Below are positions 17,270 through 26,709 of a stretch of 64,000 bases of DNA, one piece after another; positions within the stretch are counted from its first letter, which is position 1, and the number at the start of each line of letters is the position of its first letter. The stretch is from Candidatus Latescibacterota bacterium. GTDB lineage: Bacteria; Latescibacterota; UBA2968. The stretch covers positions 1,216,001 through 1,280,000 of the forward strand of contig OZ240241.1 in assembly GCA_965198115.1 (NCBI GenBank), given 5' to 3'. Position numbers and translations under genes: made by a program. Below the pieces are notes generated by a model. The model made no database searches, was not told the origin of the DNA, and was given only the letters and a program-made list of their open reading frames with translations.

Positions 17270-19954
17270 ATGTCTCACTCCCTATCCTTCGATGCCTGCG
17301 CACGGCTGCCCCTGCCAGAGGATAATGTAGCGATCGTAACGCGGCGACTTGAGCGCGGCACCAGGATCCAGACCGAACGGGGCGACCTCACCCTATCGTC
17401 AACCCTACTGGAGGGCCACCGTTTCGCTCTGTCCTCCATCGTGCCGGGCGATTTCCTGCTTTCGTGGGGTTTGCCATTCGGCGTGGCTCTTAAGGAAGTC
17501 CTTCCCGGCGACTACGTTTGCAATGAGGGAATCCTCGAGGCGCTCCGACTTCGACAGCTCGATTTCGATCTGCCCGGAGAACCAAACTTCGAAGATCGCA
17601 TCGTTCCGCACACGATCGATGCCGACACCTTCGTGGCCGGCGCACAGGTCGAGCCGTGCGACGAGATTCCTACTTTCGATGGTTTCCGCCGGAGTCCTGC
17701 ACGGGGCGTGGGTACCCGCAACTGCATCGTGCTGCTGGGAACGTCTTCTCGCACAGGGAGTTTCGTGCGAGCGCTAGAAGACCGTCTCAAGGCGAAAGTG
17801 AGCGACTATCCGAACGTGGATGGCATCGTCGCCATCGCCCATACCGAAGGTGGCGAGCGAGATCGGCCGAACAACCTGGACCACGTCCTCAGGACGCTCG
17901 GTGGATTCGTCGTGCACCCGAATGTGGGCGCCATTCTGGCCATCGATTACGGGACCGAGGCCATCACCAACGCAAAACTGGAACGGTGGATTCGTGACCA
18001 GGATCTCCCGCTCGATGGAATCCCACACGCTTTCTACTCGATCTCGAAGGGGTCGCAGGAGAGCCTGGACGAGGCGTCGAGGATGGTTGAATCGTGGCTG
18101 CCAACCGTCAACGCCGCCGTGCGCGCCCCGGTTCCTGCGACCGAGATAAAACTCGCCTTACAGTGTGGAGGGTCCGACGCGTTTTCCGGCGTGTCTGGCA
18201 ATCCTCTCGCATCCTGGGTCGCACGAGAGGTGATCCGTTACGGAGGGTGTGCAAACCTGGCCGAAACCGACGAATTGATCGGCGCCGAGGCCTACGTACT
18301 CAAGAACGTCAGAGATTTGGAGACGGCGGAACGATTCGTCGAAAAGGTCGAAGACTACAAGCGACTCGCAGCGTGGCACGGCACGTCGGCAGAAGGTAAC
18401 CCTTCAGGAGGCAACAAATTCAGAGGCCTCTACAACATCGTCCTGAAATCGATCGGCGCAGCGATGAAGCGTCATCCGGAAGTTCGATTGGATCACGTGA
18501 TCGACTACGGGCGGAGGATGATCGAGCCCGGTTACTATTTTATGGACAGTCCAGGAAACGACCTGGAGAGTATCGCGGGACAGGTTGCGTCGGGGTGCAA
18601 CGTGATCTACTTCGTAACAGGAAACGGATCGATCACCAATTTCCCGTTCGTCCCGACGGTCAAAATCGTCACGACCTCGGCTCGCTACAAGATGCTGTCA
18701 CACGAGATGGACGTGAACGCAGGATCCTACCTCGACGGGACCTCGATGGACGAACTGGGTGCGAGGACCCTCGAACAGACCCTGGCCGTGGCCTCAGGGA
18801 AGGCTTCGAAAGGAGAAGCAGCAGGGCACTCACAGGTTTCCCTGTGGCGAAACTGGCGACAGACCGGTTCGGCAGACCCCCAGTCCGTCGCCGAGCAGGT
18901 CATCCCATCGGGAAATCCGCTGCCTGTAGCGAAGGCGTCACCCGTTCCGTTGACTTACAACGGCTACGTAACAGCCGACGGCCACGCGGCGGACGCCGTT
19001 GGGCTGATCCTGCCGACCAGCCTCTGTTCTGGCCAGATCGCCCGAATGTGCGCGGACCAACTCCAGGAGAAGGGCGTTGGCCTGGGTGCGGGACTGACTC
19101 GCTATACGGCCTTGGTCCACACGGAGGGATGCGGTGTTGCGGGAGAGGAGACCGAGCGGATGTATACCGAGACGATGCTGGGTTATCTCACCCATCCACT
19201 CGTCCGTCACGCATTCGTTCTGGAGCACGGCTGCGAAAAGACACATAACGACTTCATCCGTCATCACATCGCCGAGCGGAACTTGGATGAAGACCGATTC
19301 GGCTGGGCGAGCATTCAACTCGATGGGGGCATCGCGGCGGTGATGGAACTCGCTGAATCGTGGTTCGAGGAGCGAGCGGGTTCCTCCACCGCGACGGTCG
19401 AGGCTCCACTCTCATCCCTGCGTCTCGGATTGGCTTCGGAAGGAACCTTGCCAGCGGGCGCGGCTCGACAACTCGCCGAACTGACTCGTCATCTCGTGGC
19501 GTCGGGCACAACGGTCATCGTGCCACAATCGACAGGGCTACTCGAGTCAGACACTTATGTCGGTGGCACGCTCGAGAACATCACACCGTCCCCGACGATC
19601 GGCTATGGACAATCTCCCGACCGATCGGGCTTTCACGTGATGGCATGCCCGACCGATCACTGGGTGGAGACGCTCACTGGATTGGGTGGAACTGGCGTCG
19701 ATCTCGTTCTGGCTCTGGCGGGCGAACATCCGCTTCAAGGACATCCACTGGTGCCGGTGCTACAGGTAGGCGTGGGAGAATGCGCCGTCGTCTACGAGGA
19801 CGATGTAGACCTCGCGATCGGCGAGGACACGACGTGGGAGGATCTCATCGGTCTCGTCCTGCGGGTCGCATCGCGAAGGACCGTCCCGAAGGCCCTGTCA
19901 CGAAAGCTCTTCGACTTCCAGTTCACACGCGGGTTGCTGGGTGTATCCATGTAA
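17270..19954 (+). CDS. UxaA/GarD-family sugar-acid dehydratase with SAF domain and internal duplication
   Basis: DNVAIV/GHRFA SAF domain, GVGTRN, HTEG, LQCGGSDAFSGVSGNP, ETDELIGAE, GNPSGGN. A second degenerate module follows (HTEGCG, HGCE). Confidence 0.88.
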   Translation: MSHSLSFDACARLPLPEDNVAIVTRRLERGTRIQTERGDLTLSSTLLEGHRFALSSIVPGDFLLSWGLPFGVALKEVLPGDYVCNEGILEALRLRQLDFDLPGEPNFEDRIVPHTIDADTFVAGAQVEPCDEIPTFDGFRRSPARGVGTRNCIVLLGTSSRTGSFVRALEDRLKAKVSDYPNVDGIVAIAHTEGGERDRPNNLDHVLRTLGGFVVHPNVGAILAIDYGTEAITNAKLERWIRDQDLPLDGIPHAFYSISKGSQESLDEASRMVESWLPTVNAAVRAPVPATEIKLALQCGGSDAFSGVSGNPLASWVAREVIRYGGCANLAETDELIGAEAYVLKNVRDLETAERFVEKVEDYKRLAAWHGTSAEGNPSGGNKFRGLYNIVLKSIGAAMKRHPEVRLDHVIDYGRRMIEPGYYFMDSPGNDLESIAGQVASGCNVIYFVTGNGSITNFPFVPTVKIVTTSARYKMLSHEMDVNAGSYLDGTSMDELGARTLEQTLAVASGKASKGEAAGHSQVSLWRNWRQTGSADPQSVAEQVIPSGNPLPVAKASPVPLTYNGYVTADGHAADAVGLILPTSLCSGQIARMCADQLQEKGVGLGAGLTRYTALVHTEGCGVAGEETERMYTETMLGYLTHPLVRHAFVLEHGCEKTHNDFIRHHIAERNLDEDRFGWASIQLDGGIAAVMELAESWFEERAGSSTATVEAPLSSLRLGLASEGTLPAGAARQLAELTRHLVASGTTVIVPQSTGLLESDTYVGGTLENITPSPTIGYGQSPDRSGFHVMACPTDHWVETLTGLGGTGVDLVLALAGEHPLQGHPLVPVLQVGVGECAVVYEDDVDLAIGEDTTWEDLIGLVLRVASRRTVPKALSRKLFDFQFTRGLLGVSM

Positions 19955-19956
19955 GC

Positions 19957-20247
19957 TCAACCCCCGGTATCGATCCATCTGTTCAGAGCCTCCACGACCT
20001 TCTGCGCCTGGTCGAGGCTCGAAATGTTGAATTTGCTGCGGTAGGCGTAGACCCCATCGCGCTTCTGGTATCGGCGTATGGCCACTTTCGTCGGTCCGTA
20101 GTCCTCTTTGCGACGATCGAAGTCCTTGTAGAGGAACATGACCGTCGCCCAAGCCCCCTTCGTCAGCACGTGCTTGTCGAGTTCCTTAACGAGCAGCACG
20201 CCATCCTCTTCGTAGTTCACAGTTAATTCTTCGACGGTCTCTGCCAC
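19957..20247 (-). CDS. Small conserved-looking hypothetical protein
   Basis: GTG start with AGGGAGG RBS; fills the gap between convergent and divergent genes; protein-like composition. Confidence 0.7.
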   Translation of the reverse strand: MAETVEELTVNYEEDGVLLVKELDKHVLTKGAWATVMFLYKDFDRRKEDYGPTKVAIRRYQKRDGVYAYRSKFNISSLDQAQKVVEALNRWIDTGG

Positions 20248-20414
20248 GCAGAACCTCCCTCACCCGGGCCTTTCTGAATCACGTCGTTCACGAGTCCAAA
20301 ATGCGGCCCAATGTAAGTTCGTCGTCGGGCCGTCGCAAATCGGTTCGGCACGCTCTTGACATCCTGTCGGACGCCGACCTACTTGATGAAACGACCCATC
20401 TCAAGGACGACGTC

Positions 20415-21272
20415 ATGGATCCCCAACTGATCGCCGACTACGCGTGCAAGACGGGAGAGGGGCCGCTCTGGCACCCGACCGAAAAGCAGGTCTACTGGTG
20501 CGACATTCCGAACGGTCGTCTGTTTCGTTTCGATCCCTCCACGGGAGAACACGAGACATTTTTCGAAGGTGACGTGGTCGGTGGATTCACCATCCAGGCC
20601 GATGGCAAACTTCTGCTCTTCATGGCGCGCGGAGCGATCCGCATTTGCGACGGCGGCGACCTCCTTACGATCGTGGATGAGATAGAGGGAGAAACCTCGT
20701 CAAGGTTCAACGACGTCATCGCCGATCCAGTCGGTCGCGTCTACTGTGGAACCATGCCCAGTCCGGATCACCTCGGAAGACTCTACAGGCTGGACACCGA
20801 TGGGAATCTCGCGGAGATTGTGGACGAGATCGGCTGTTCGAATGGCATGGGATTCACGCCCGATCGAAAGAACCTCTACTACACAGATTCGACGGCCAAA
20901 AAGATCTACCTGTTCGACTACGACGAACCGACGGGCGATCTGACGAACCAGCGCGTGTTTCTCGATGTGGGAGACGAGGAGGGCATCCCCGACGGCATGA
21001 CGGTCGACGCAGAGGGTTACGTCTGGTCTGCCCGCTGGGATGGCAGTTGCGTCGTTCGATACGACCCGACTGCCCACGAGGTCGCCCGCGTCGGATTTCC
21101 AGCTCGAAAGGTCTCCTGCATCACCTTCGGCGGCGACGAGTACGCCGACGCCTACGTCACGACGGCCGGGGGTGACGACAAAGCGAACGAGGGAGACGGT
21201 GCGGGGGCCCTCTTTCGGGCCGACTTGGGTGTTCGCGGTGTTCCGGAATTCGTCTCGAGGGTAGGTCTCTGA
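20415..21272 (+). CDS. SMP-30/gluconolactonase family protein
   Basis: GEGPLW, RFNDV, SNGMG, PDGMTVDAEG. Confidence 0.92.
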   Translation: MDPQLIADYACKTGEGPLWHPTEKQVYWCDIPNGRLFRFDPSTGEHETFFEGDVVGGFTIQADGKLLLFMARGAIRICDGGDLLTIVDEIEGETSSRFNDVIADPVGRVYCGTMPSPDHLGRLYRLDTDGNLAEIVDEIGCSNGMGFTPDRKNLYYTDSTAKKIYLFDYDEPTGDLTNQRVFLDVGDEEGIPDGMTVDAEGYVWSARWDGSCVVRYDPTAHEVARVGFPARKVSCITFGGDEYADAYVTTAGGDDKANEGDGAGALFRADLGVRGVPEFVSRVGL

Positions 21273-21982
21273 TGTGCGGGCGCTTCACGCTCCATACGAG
21301 TCGGGCTGATCTACAGCTCGCCTTCGAAGGGTTCGTCTTCCCGGACGAAATCGACCCACGCTACAACATCGCACCGACGCTCGACATCTTGGTCGTCGCC
21401 AATGACGGGACGCGCGAGGTTCGACAGGCGCGATGGGGGCTGATCCCTGGATGGGCCAAGGATCCCAAGATCGGCAATCGACTGATCAATGCCCGATCCG
21501 AAACGTTGGCGCAGAAACCGGCCTTCAAAGACGCCTTCCGCAAGAGAAGATGTCTGGTGATCGCAGACGGCTTCTATGAGTGGCGCAAGGAACCCGAAGG
21601 CGGCAAGACGCCGATCTACATCCAGCTGCAAGACGGCCGTCCGTTTGCGTTCGCCGGGCTTTGGGCCCGCTGGCATCCGGACGAAGGTGAACCCGTCACG
21701 TCCTGCACGATCGTGACGACCGAGCCCAACCCCCTCGTTGCCCCCATTCACAATCGCATGCCAGTCATCCTACCTCCGACGGCCTACGACCTTTGGCTCG
21801 ATCCCGACACGGACGAGCCCGAGGTTTTGAACGGATTGCTCGTCCCCTACCCCGCTCAGGAGATGGTTATCCGGCCTGTCACGCGTTTCGTGAATTCGGT
21901 CCGCAACGAAGGTGCCGAATGCATCGCCGCACTACCGCCCGCGCGCGGGGACGCGGAGGTCGGGCAGCTCTCGCTCCTTTGA
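21272..21982 (+). CDS. SOS response-associated peptidase (SRAP/YedK/HMCES family)
   Basis: N-terminal MCGRF, YNIAPT, WGLIP, INARSET, GFYEW, IHNRMPVIL. Confidence 0.95.
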   Translation: MCGRFTLHTSRADLQLAFEGFVFPDEIDPRYNIAPTLDILVVANDGTREVRQARWGLIPGWAKDPKIGNRLINARSETLAQKPAFKDAFRKRRCLVIADGFYEWRKEPEGGKTPIYIQLQDGRPFAFAGLWARWHPDEGEPVTSCTIVTTEPNPLVAPIHNRMPVILPPTAYDLWLDPDTDEPEVLNGLLVPYPAQEMVIRPVTRFVNSVRNEGAECIAALPPARGDAEVGQLSLL

Positions 21983-22001
21983 CCGAAGAGAGGATCAGAC
22001 C

Positions 22002-22766
22002 GTGACCATCGTCGACACACACTGCCACATCGGTGTTTACAAATACGAGCCCGTCGAATCGCTCGCCTTCCACATGGAACGGGCGGGCGTCGACAAGGCC
22101 GTGTTCATCCAGTACGGTGGAAACAGCGACAACCAGTACATGGTCGATTCAGCCGCCGCGCAGCCGGGCCGGTTCCAGTCGGCAATGATCGTCGCTCCCG
22201 ACGACGGCGGGTCCGCGATCCGTGCGTGGGCTGAAAAAGGAATCGTCGGCATTCGTCTGCCCCTGGCCTCCAGGGCCACGGGTGACGATCCCCTTGCACA
22301 TTGGCGGGTAGCAGCCGAACTGGATCTCGTCGTCAGCGCTCCCAGCCGTCCTTCCGTCCTGCTCGGTGAACCCTTCTCGGAGGTTCTGAACACCTTTCCC
22401 GACCTCGAGATCGTGATCGAGCATCTGGCAGGTGTCGGATCGGACGCGAAGCCGCCCTACGACGAATTCCGCAAAGCCCTCGAACTGGCTGAGCGTCCGA
22501 ACTTGACGATCAAACTCCCGGGGTTCGGCGAGATTTGTAAAGTCCCCCTTCCGTTCGACCCGATTCCGCCCGTGGCAGACATGGCGCTCGAAGCGTTCGG
22601 TCCAAACCGGATGATGTGGGGAAGCGACTACCCGCCCGTCAGTGGTCGTGAAGGGTATGACAACAGCCTCGCCGTTCCCCGTGGTTACTTTTCAAAACTG
22701 AGTGATGACGAACAATCGGCCGTGTTCGGAGGGACGGCGCTCAAAGTCTGGAGATTCGACGAATAG
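22002..22766 (+). CDS. Amidohydrolase_2 family (sugar-lactonase-like)
   Basis: VDTHCH, IEHLAG, FGPNRMMWGSDYPP. Confidence 0.85.
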   Translation: MTIVDTHCHIGVYKYEPVESLAFHMERAGVDKAVFIQYGGNSDNQYMVDSAAAQPGRFQSAMIVAPDDGGSAIRAWAEKGIVGIRLPLASRATGDDPLAHWRVAAELDLVVSAPSRPSVLLGEPFSEVLNTFPDLEIVIEHLAGVGSDAKPPYDEFRKALELAERPNLTIKLPGFGEICKVPLPFDPIPPVADMALEAFGPNRMMWGSDYPPVSGREGYDNSLAVPRGYFSKLSDDEQSAVFGGTALKVWRFDE

Positions 22767-22767
22767 G

Positions 22768-23493
22768 TCAGCTCACCCCGTGCGTACCGATTTGGACGAA
22801 CCCTTCGGCGTGGGTGCAGCCGGCCATGCCCGCCGTCGACCTGGCCTCGCAGGCCCGGTATCGACCCAGAATGTCATACGTCCCCGACAGATCGCCCTGA
22901 GCCGCAAACTTGACCAACGCTGCCGCCTTCCGCTCGAACACGTCGCTGATGTCCACGAAAATCTCGGGGAGGAATCCGGCCACGGGCGCCGTGCCGATCG
23001 TCGTTTCGTAGCAGAGAAGACGTGGTCTCGCACACGGAGGATCGTCGGTCTTGATACCGCCGGAGCCGCAGTAACTGCACGCCCAGATCACCCCACGTGT
23101 CGTCTCTACGTGGTCGGGGTGCATGACGTCGTCCTTCCAGTGGGTGAGGACGATGTCGGGGCGGAACGCCCTGATTGCCTGGATCAGCGCTTCGAGTCGC
23201 CCCTGGTCGAGGATCAGGGGGCTGTCGCCGTAGTCGAAACACGAAACCGACACCCCGAGGATCTCGGCGGCGGCCTCGATCTCCTGCTTCCTGATTTCCT
23301 TGACCTCGTCGACGTCCCGGTCCGGGTCTTCCTGCCACAGCACGGGAGCCTCGCACCGCTCCCCGTAAGTCAGGTCGTGAACCTGAACGGCTCCACCCGC
23401 TTCCACGAATCGCAGGATGGTTCCCCCTGCGCGCGAACAGAAATCCGCTGCGTGCGCGCTGAAGACCAGCACGCGGGCGTTTTCCACGATCAT
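22768..23493 (-). CDS. PIG-L family protein, GalB (4-oxalomesaconate hydratase)-like
   Basis: SAHAADFCSRAGG instead of HPDD, as in GalB's SAHSADFVWRAGG; also YGERCE, DYGD.P, HPDH. Confidence 0.75.
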   Translation of the reverse strand: MIVENARVLVFSAHAADFCSRAGGTILRFVEAGGAVQVHDLTYGERCEAPVLWQEDPDRDVDEVKEIRKQEIEAAAEILGVSVSCFDYGDSPLILDQGRLEALIQAIRAFRPDIVLTHWKDDVMHPDHVETTRGVIWACSYCGSGGIKTDDPPCARPRLLCYETTIGTAPVAGFLPEIFVDISDVFERKAAALVKFAAQGDLSGTYDILGRYRACEARSTAGMAGCTHAEGFVQIGTHGVS

Positions 23494-24263
23494 GGTTTCT
23501 CCTCCTCGTATCTACCCTGCCATTCTGGAGCCGCTCCGTTGTCGACCGGTTCGTAGCCCAGCAGTTCTTTGGCGTTCGTCAGATCCCACTTGTCCTCGCC
23601 ACCCTGGGAGACGCCGTAGAATATGCCGAACTTCACATCCTCGGTTTCGACGCAGCGCCAAACAAGCTGCGCACAATCCTTGGGGCTCAGCCATCTTGAC
23701 CCTCCCTTGGGATAGCGTCTGCCCGGCTCGTCTTTCCCGTTGAAGTTGGCGATTCGGAGGCACAGAACCCTGACGCCAAGCCGGTCTGCGTAGTAGCGTC
23801 CGAGAGCCTCGCCAAAGGCCTTTCCGGCTCCGTAGATGCCATCGGGCCTGACGGGCAACTCCGGTCGTGACACGATGTTGTCCTGTTCATTCAATCCCGT
23901 TACGTGGTTGGTACTCGCGAACACGACTGCGTCCACACCGTTGATGCGCGCCGCCTCGTAGATGTTGTAGCAGCTCCGTATATCGGTGTCGATCGTGCCC
24001 CGGGCCAGTTCGGCGCGTGTTCCGCTGCGACGACGGTTAGCCAGCGCGAGATGTACGATGGCATCGACGCCATCGGCCGCTTCAACCATGGCTTCGAAGT
24101 CGCCGATATCCCCCGTGACGACGACCTCCGTTGGCGAAACGTCTTCCGGGATCGTGCGATTGCACAAAAGCTTGAGGTCATACCTGTCTACCAGGTGCGG
24201 CCGGATCGCGTTGCCGACTGTGCCGGCTGCGCCAGTAATCAGAATTCGTTTCTTGCTGTCCAT
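23490..24263 (-). CDS. NAD-dependent epimerase / uronate-dehydrogenase-like SDR
   Basis: ILITGAAGTVG, FASTNH, RPDGIYGAGKAFGEALGRYY, WLSPKD, FGIFYGVS. Confidence 0.8.
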   Translation of the reverse strand: MDSKKRILITGAAGTVGNAIRPHLVDRYDLKLLCNRTIPEDVSPTEVVVTGDIGDFEAMVEAADGVDAIVHLALANRRRSGTRAELARGTIDTDIRSCYNIYEAARINGVDAVVFASTNHVTGLNEQDNIVSRPELPVRPDGIYGAGKAFGEALGRYYADRLGVRVLCLRIANFNGKDEPGRRYPKGGSRWLSPKDCAQLVWRCVETEDVKFGIFYGVSQGGEDKWDLTNAKELLGYEPVDNGAAPEWQGRYEEEKP

Positions 24264-24304
24264 AGCTTGGTCCATCCTATCACAAGATGAAAAGGGATCG
24301 AAAA

Positions 24305-25069
24305 ATGGAATCGGAACTCGATGCGGCGTGGCTCGTCGACCTCGCCAAGAAGGCGGGTGATCTGGCCTACGGATACTTTGGCAGGGCGACAGCCAAGCTG
24401 AAGCCCGACGATTCCTGGGTCACCGAGGCCGACCTGGCGGTCGAGCGATTCGTTCGCGAAGCGTTGGCAGCCGCTCGGCCCGACGATGCAGTTATCGGCG
24501 AAGAAGGCGACACGACCGTCTCGTCTTCTTCACGGTTTGTGTGGGCGATCGACCCGATCGACGGAACTCGCGCCTTCTACCACGGATTCCCGGTCTGGGG
24601 TGTGAGCATCGGTCTGTTGCTCGACGACCAGCCTCACGCGGGCGCTGTCATCCTTCCCGTTGTCGGAGATCTCTACCACTCGGACGGTCGAGACGCGTTC
24701 CTGAACGGCGTCCGCCTCGCTTCACCTTCTGCGGCGATCGATAAGAACGCCGTCTTCTTGATCAGCGAGGGCGCTTATCAGGCTCGTACCGTCGACTATC
24801 CTGGAAAGGTTCTGTCCCTCGGCTCTGCGGCCGCCCACTTGTGCTACGTCGCCGGAGGATCCGCCATCGGCGCGATGGATCGGGCTGCGATCTGGGATTA
24901 CGCAGCCGGCGCGGCCATCCTTTCCACGCTGGGCATACCGCCACGCTATGCGTCGGGGAACGCTATCGATTTCTCCGTCCTTTACGACGGTCGAACAGTC
25001 GCAGAACCGACGCTCTTCGCGTCCGATCTCACCTTCCGATCACTCCAGGCCGCAGCCGTCCAGCCATGA
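24305..25069 (+). CDS. Inositol monophosphatase family protein
   Basis: VTEADLAVE, IGEE, WAIDPIDGT, WDYAAG. Confidence 0.9.
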   Translation: MESELDAAWLVDLAKKAGDLAYGYFGRATAKLKPDDSWVTEADLAVERFVREALAAARPDDAVIGEEGDTTVSSSSRFVWAIDPIDGTRAFYHGFPVWGVSIGLLLDDQPHAGAVILPVVGDLYHSDGRDAFLNGVRLASPSAAIDKNAVFLISEGAYQARTVDYPGKVLSLGSAAAHLCYVAGGSAIGAMDRAAIWDYAAGAAILSTLGIPPRYASGNAIDFSVLYDGRTVAEPTLFASDLTFRSLQAAAVQP

Positions 25070-25070
25070 C

Positions 25071-25097
25071 AAAAGGGGAATCCGGTAGGATTCCCCT
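25071..25097 (-). terminator. Intrinsic terminator between convergent genes
   Basis: GGGGAATCC-GGTA-GGATTCCCC hairpin with TTTT on the minus strand. Confidence 0.7.
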
Positions 25098-25124
25098 CAG
25101 TCTCGTGGACGCGCAGAATAAGAC

Positions 25125-25565
25125 TCAGTCGGCGAATTCGGGAAAAGCCGGCGCGAGCATGTAAGCACAGTCCTCGTGGCAGCTGTTACAGTTGGGCACC
25201 AGCTCGCGAAACGCCTTATTGGCCCCCTTTACGTCGCCGGCCGACGCGAACTGAGCCATCCTGAGGGCGGCCTGCTGGGCTTCTTTGTTGTAGTTGATGT
25301 ACTTGGCTTTGTGGTCGGGCGGGTAGAGATCGATCACCTCGGAAAAGTTGGCCTGGATCCTTCGCGCATCAGCCTCCACGCCCTCGATCGACCTGTTCTT
25401 GAGCACCGCCATCGTGCGGTCGGTACTGATCTTGATTTCGCGCATCATCGCCCGACGTGTCGGGAGGTTGTTGTCGGAGGCCCCGTCCCCCTCGCACGCG
25501 TAGAACACGGCCGCAACAGCGATTGCACCGATCGCAAGGGCCGCGCACCGCAGGCCTGTCTTCAT
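25125..25565 (-). CDS. Monoheme c-type cytochrome lipoprotein (class II / cytochrome c'-like helical bundle)
   Basis: Signal ending FYAC, helical body, C-terminal CNSCH. Confidence 0.75.
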   Translation of the reverse strand: MKTGLRCAALAIGAIAVAAVFYACEGDGASDNNLPTRRAMMREIKISTDRTMAVLKNRSIEGVEADARRIQANFSEVIDLYPPDHKAKYINYNKEAQQAALRMAQFASAGDVKGANKAFRELVPNCNSCHEDCAYMLAPAFPEFAD

Positions 25566-25647
25566 CCTTCTCCTCCTCATCAGCGTGAATCAAACGGCCG
25601 TTCGTCGTATACAGACTCGGTCATGATAAGCTGGCCACCGAGGTGCG

Positions 25648-26649
25648 TCAAGACGACTGCCGGCCGTTCTTGCCACCTTCTCTCGCAGCCTGACTCACCC
25701 TCTTCCTCAGAATCCGATCCTTCTGCGCCTTGAGCCATCGATTGAGGGGCGGATACACATACATCAAGAGACCGGACCCGCAGAGCGTGAGCGTCAAGAT
25801 CGAAACGGCGTCGGTGAAGTAGTAATACCGATGCCCCAACCCGAAGAAGGTTCCCGTATGGAGGGCGAGCATGACCTTCCTGATCGATTCGAAATGAACC
25901 ATCCCGATGGACGTGACAGCCATCAACGCCAGGAGAACGAGCCCCGCGGTGCCCGCCCAGTAGTGAATCTTCCGATTGTGACGGAAAACCGAGTTGATGG
26001 CCGTTCGGTCACCCAGGAGGTAATCGACCGATGAGAGTTGGCTCATTTGCTCCTCGAGCAGGGCATTTCGCTGCTGCAATTCGTCACGCTTGAGAACGAG
26101 CTCCATGAGGTCAGAAATCTGCTCGACCAGTTCCCCCACGAAGATCTCGTCATCCTGGGTGAAGTATCCGGGATCGCCCTGCTTGTTGAGCAGCTGGAGA
26201 ACCCCGATCGTTCGATCTCGGCGATTCTTGAGGGGGAAGGACAGCATGTTCTTCGTTTCGTAACCGGTCTTTCGATCGGTGCTGCCCGTAAAGCGGGCAT
26301 CCGTCGATGTGTCAGTCACACTCAGGACTTCCCCCGTCTGGAAAACGTGACCAGCCAATCCCTCGTCGCTTCGGATCCGGATCTGTTGTCCGTCCAACTT
26401 TAGGATCGACTCGTCGAGCTGGCCGTCTGTCCGAAGCGCGACGTGTGTGTAGAGTTCGTCGGTCAACCGGTCGTGAAAGAAGATCGAACAGCGATCTGCA
26501 TCGAGGTAGTGTCCGACCGCCCGTGCGATGCTGTTAATCAGCTCCTCCTGATCGGACGTCGCGTGCATCATGCGCCCGATCATCAACAACAGTTCCAGTC
26601 GTTCAACACGGGTCCGGAGTTCGTTGACGAGTGCCTCTTCCTCGGCCAT
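25648..26649 (-). CDS. GAF domain fused to a compact PepSY-TM-like membrane domain
   Basis: ADRCSIF, GLAGHV, IGVLQLLNK..GYFTQDD (GAF NKFDE motif), a coiled coil, then RKIHYWAG, LALHTGTFFG and SGLLMY transmembrane helices. Confidence 0.7.
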   Translation of the reverse strand: MAEEEALVNELRTRVERLELLLMIGRMMHATSDQEELINSIARAVGHYLDADRCSIFFHDRLTDELYTHVALRTDGQLDESILKLDGQQIRIRSDEGLAGHVFQTGEVLSVTDTSTDARFTGSTDRKTGYETKNMLSFPLKNRRDRTIGVLQLLNKQGDPGYFTQDDEIFVGELVEQISDLMELVLKRDELQQRNALLEEQMSQLSSVDYLLGDRTAINSVFRHNRKIHYWAGTAGLVLLALMAVTSIGMVHFESIRKVMLALHTGTFFGLGHRYYYFTDAVSILTLTLCGSGLLMYVYPPLNRWLKAQKDRILRKRVSQAAREGGKNGRQSS

Positions 26650-26709
26650 CGATTCCCCTTCAGATAATTCCACGCAGCACAGCCACTTGAGCGGGACCAG
26701 GCCCGGGCC

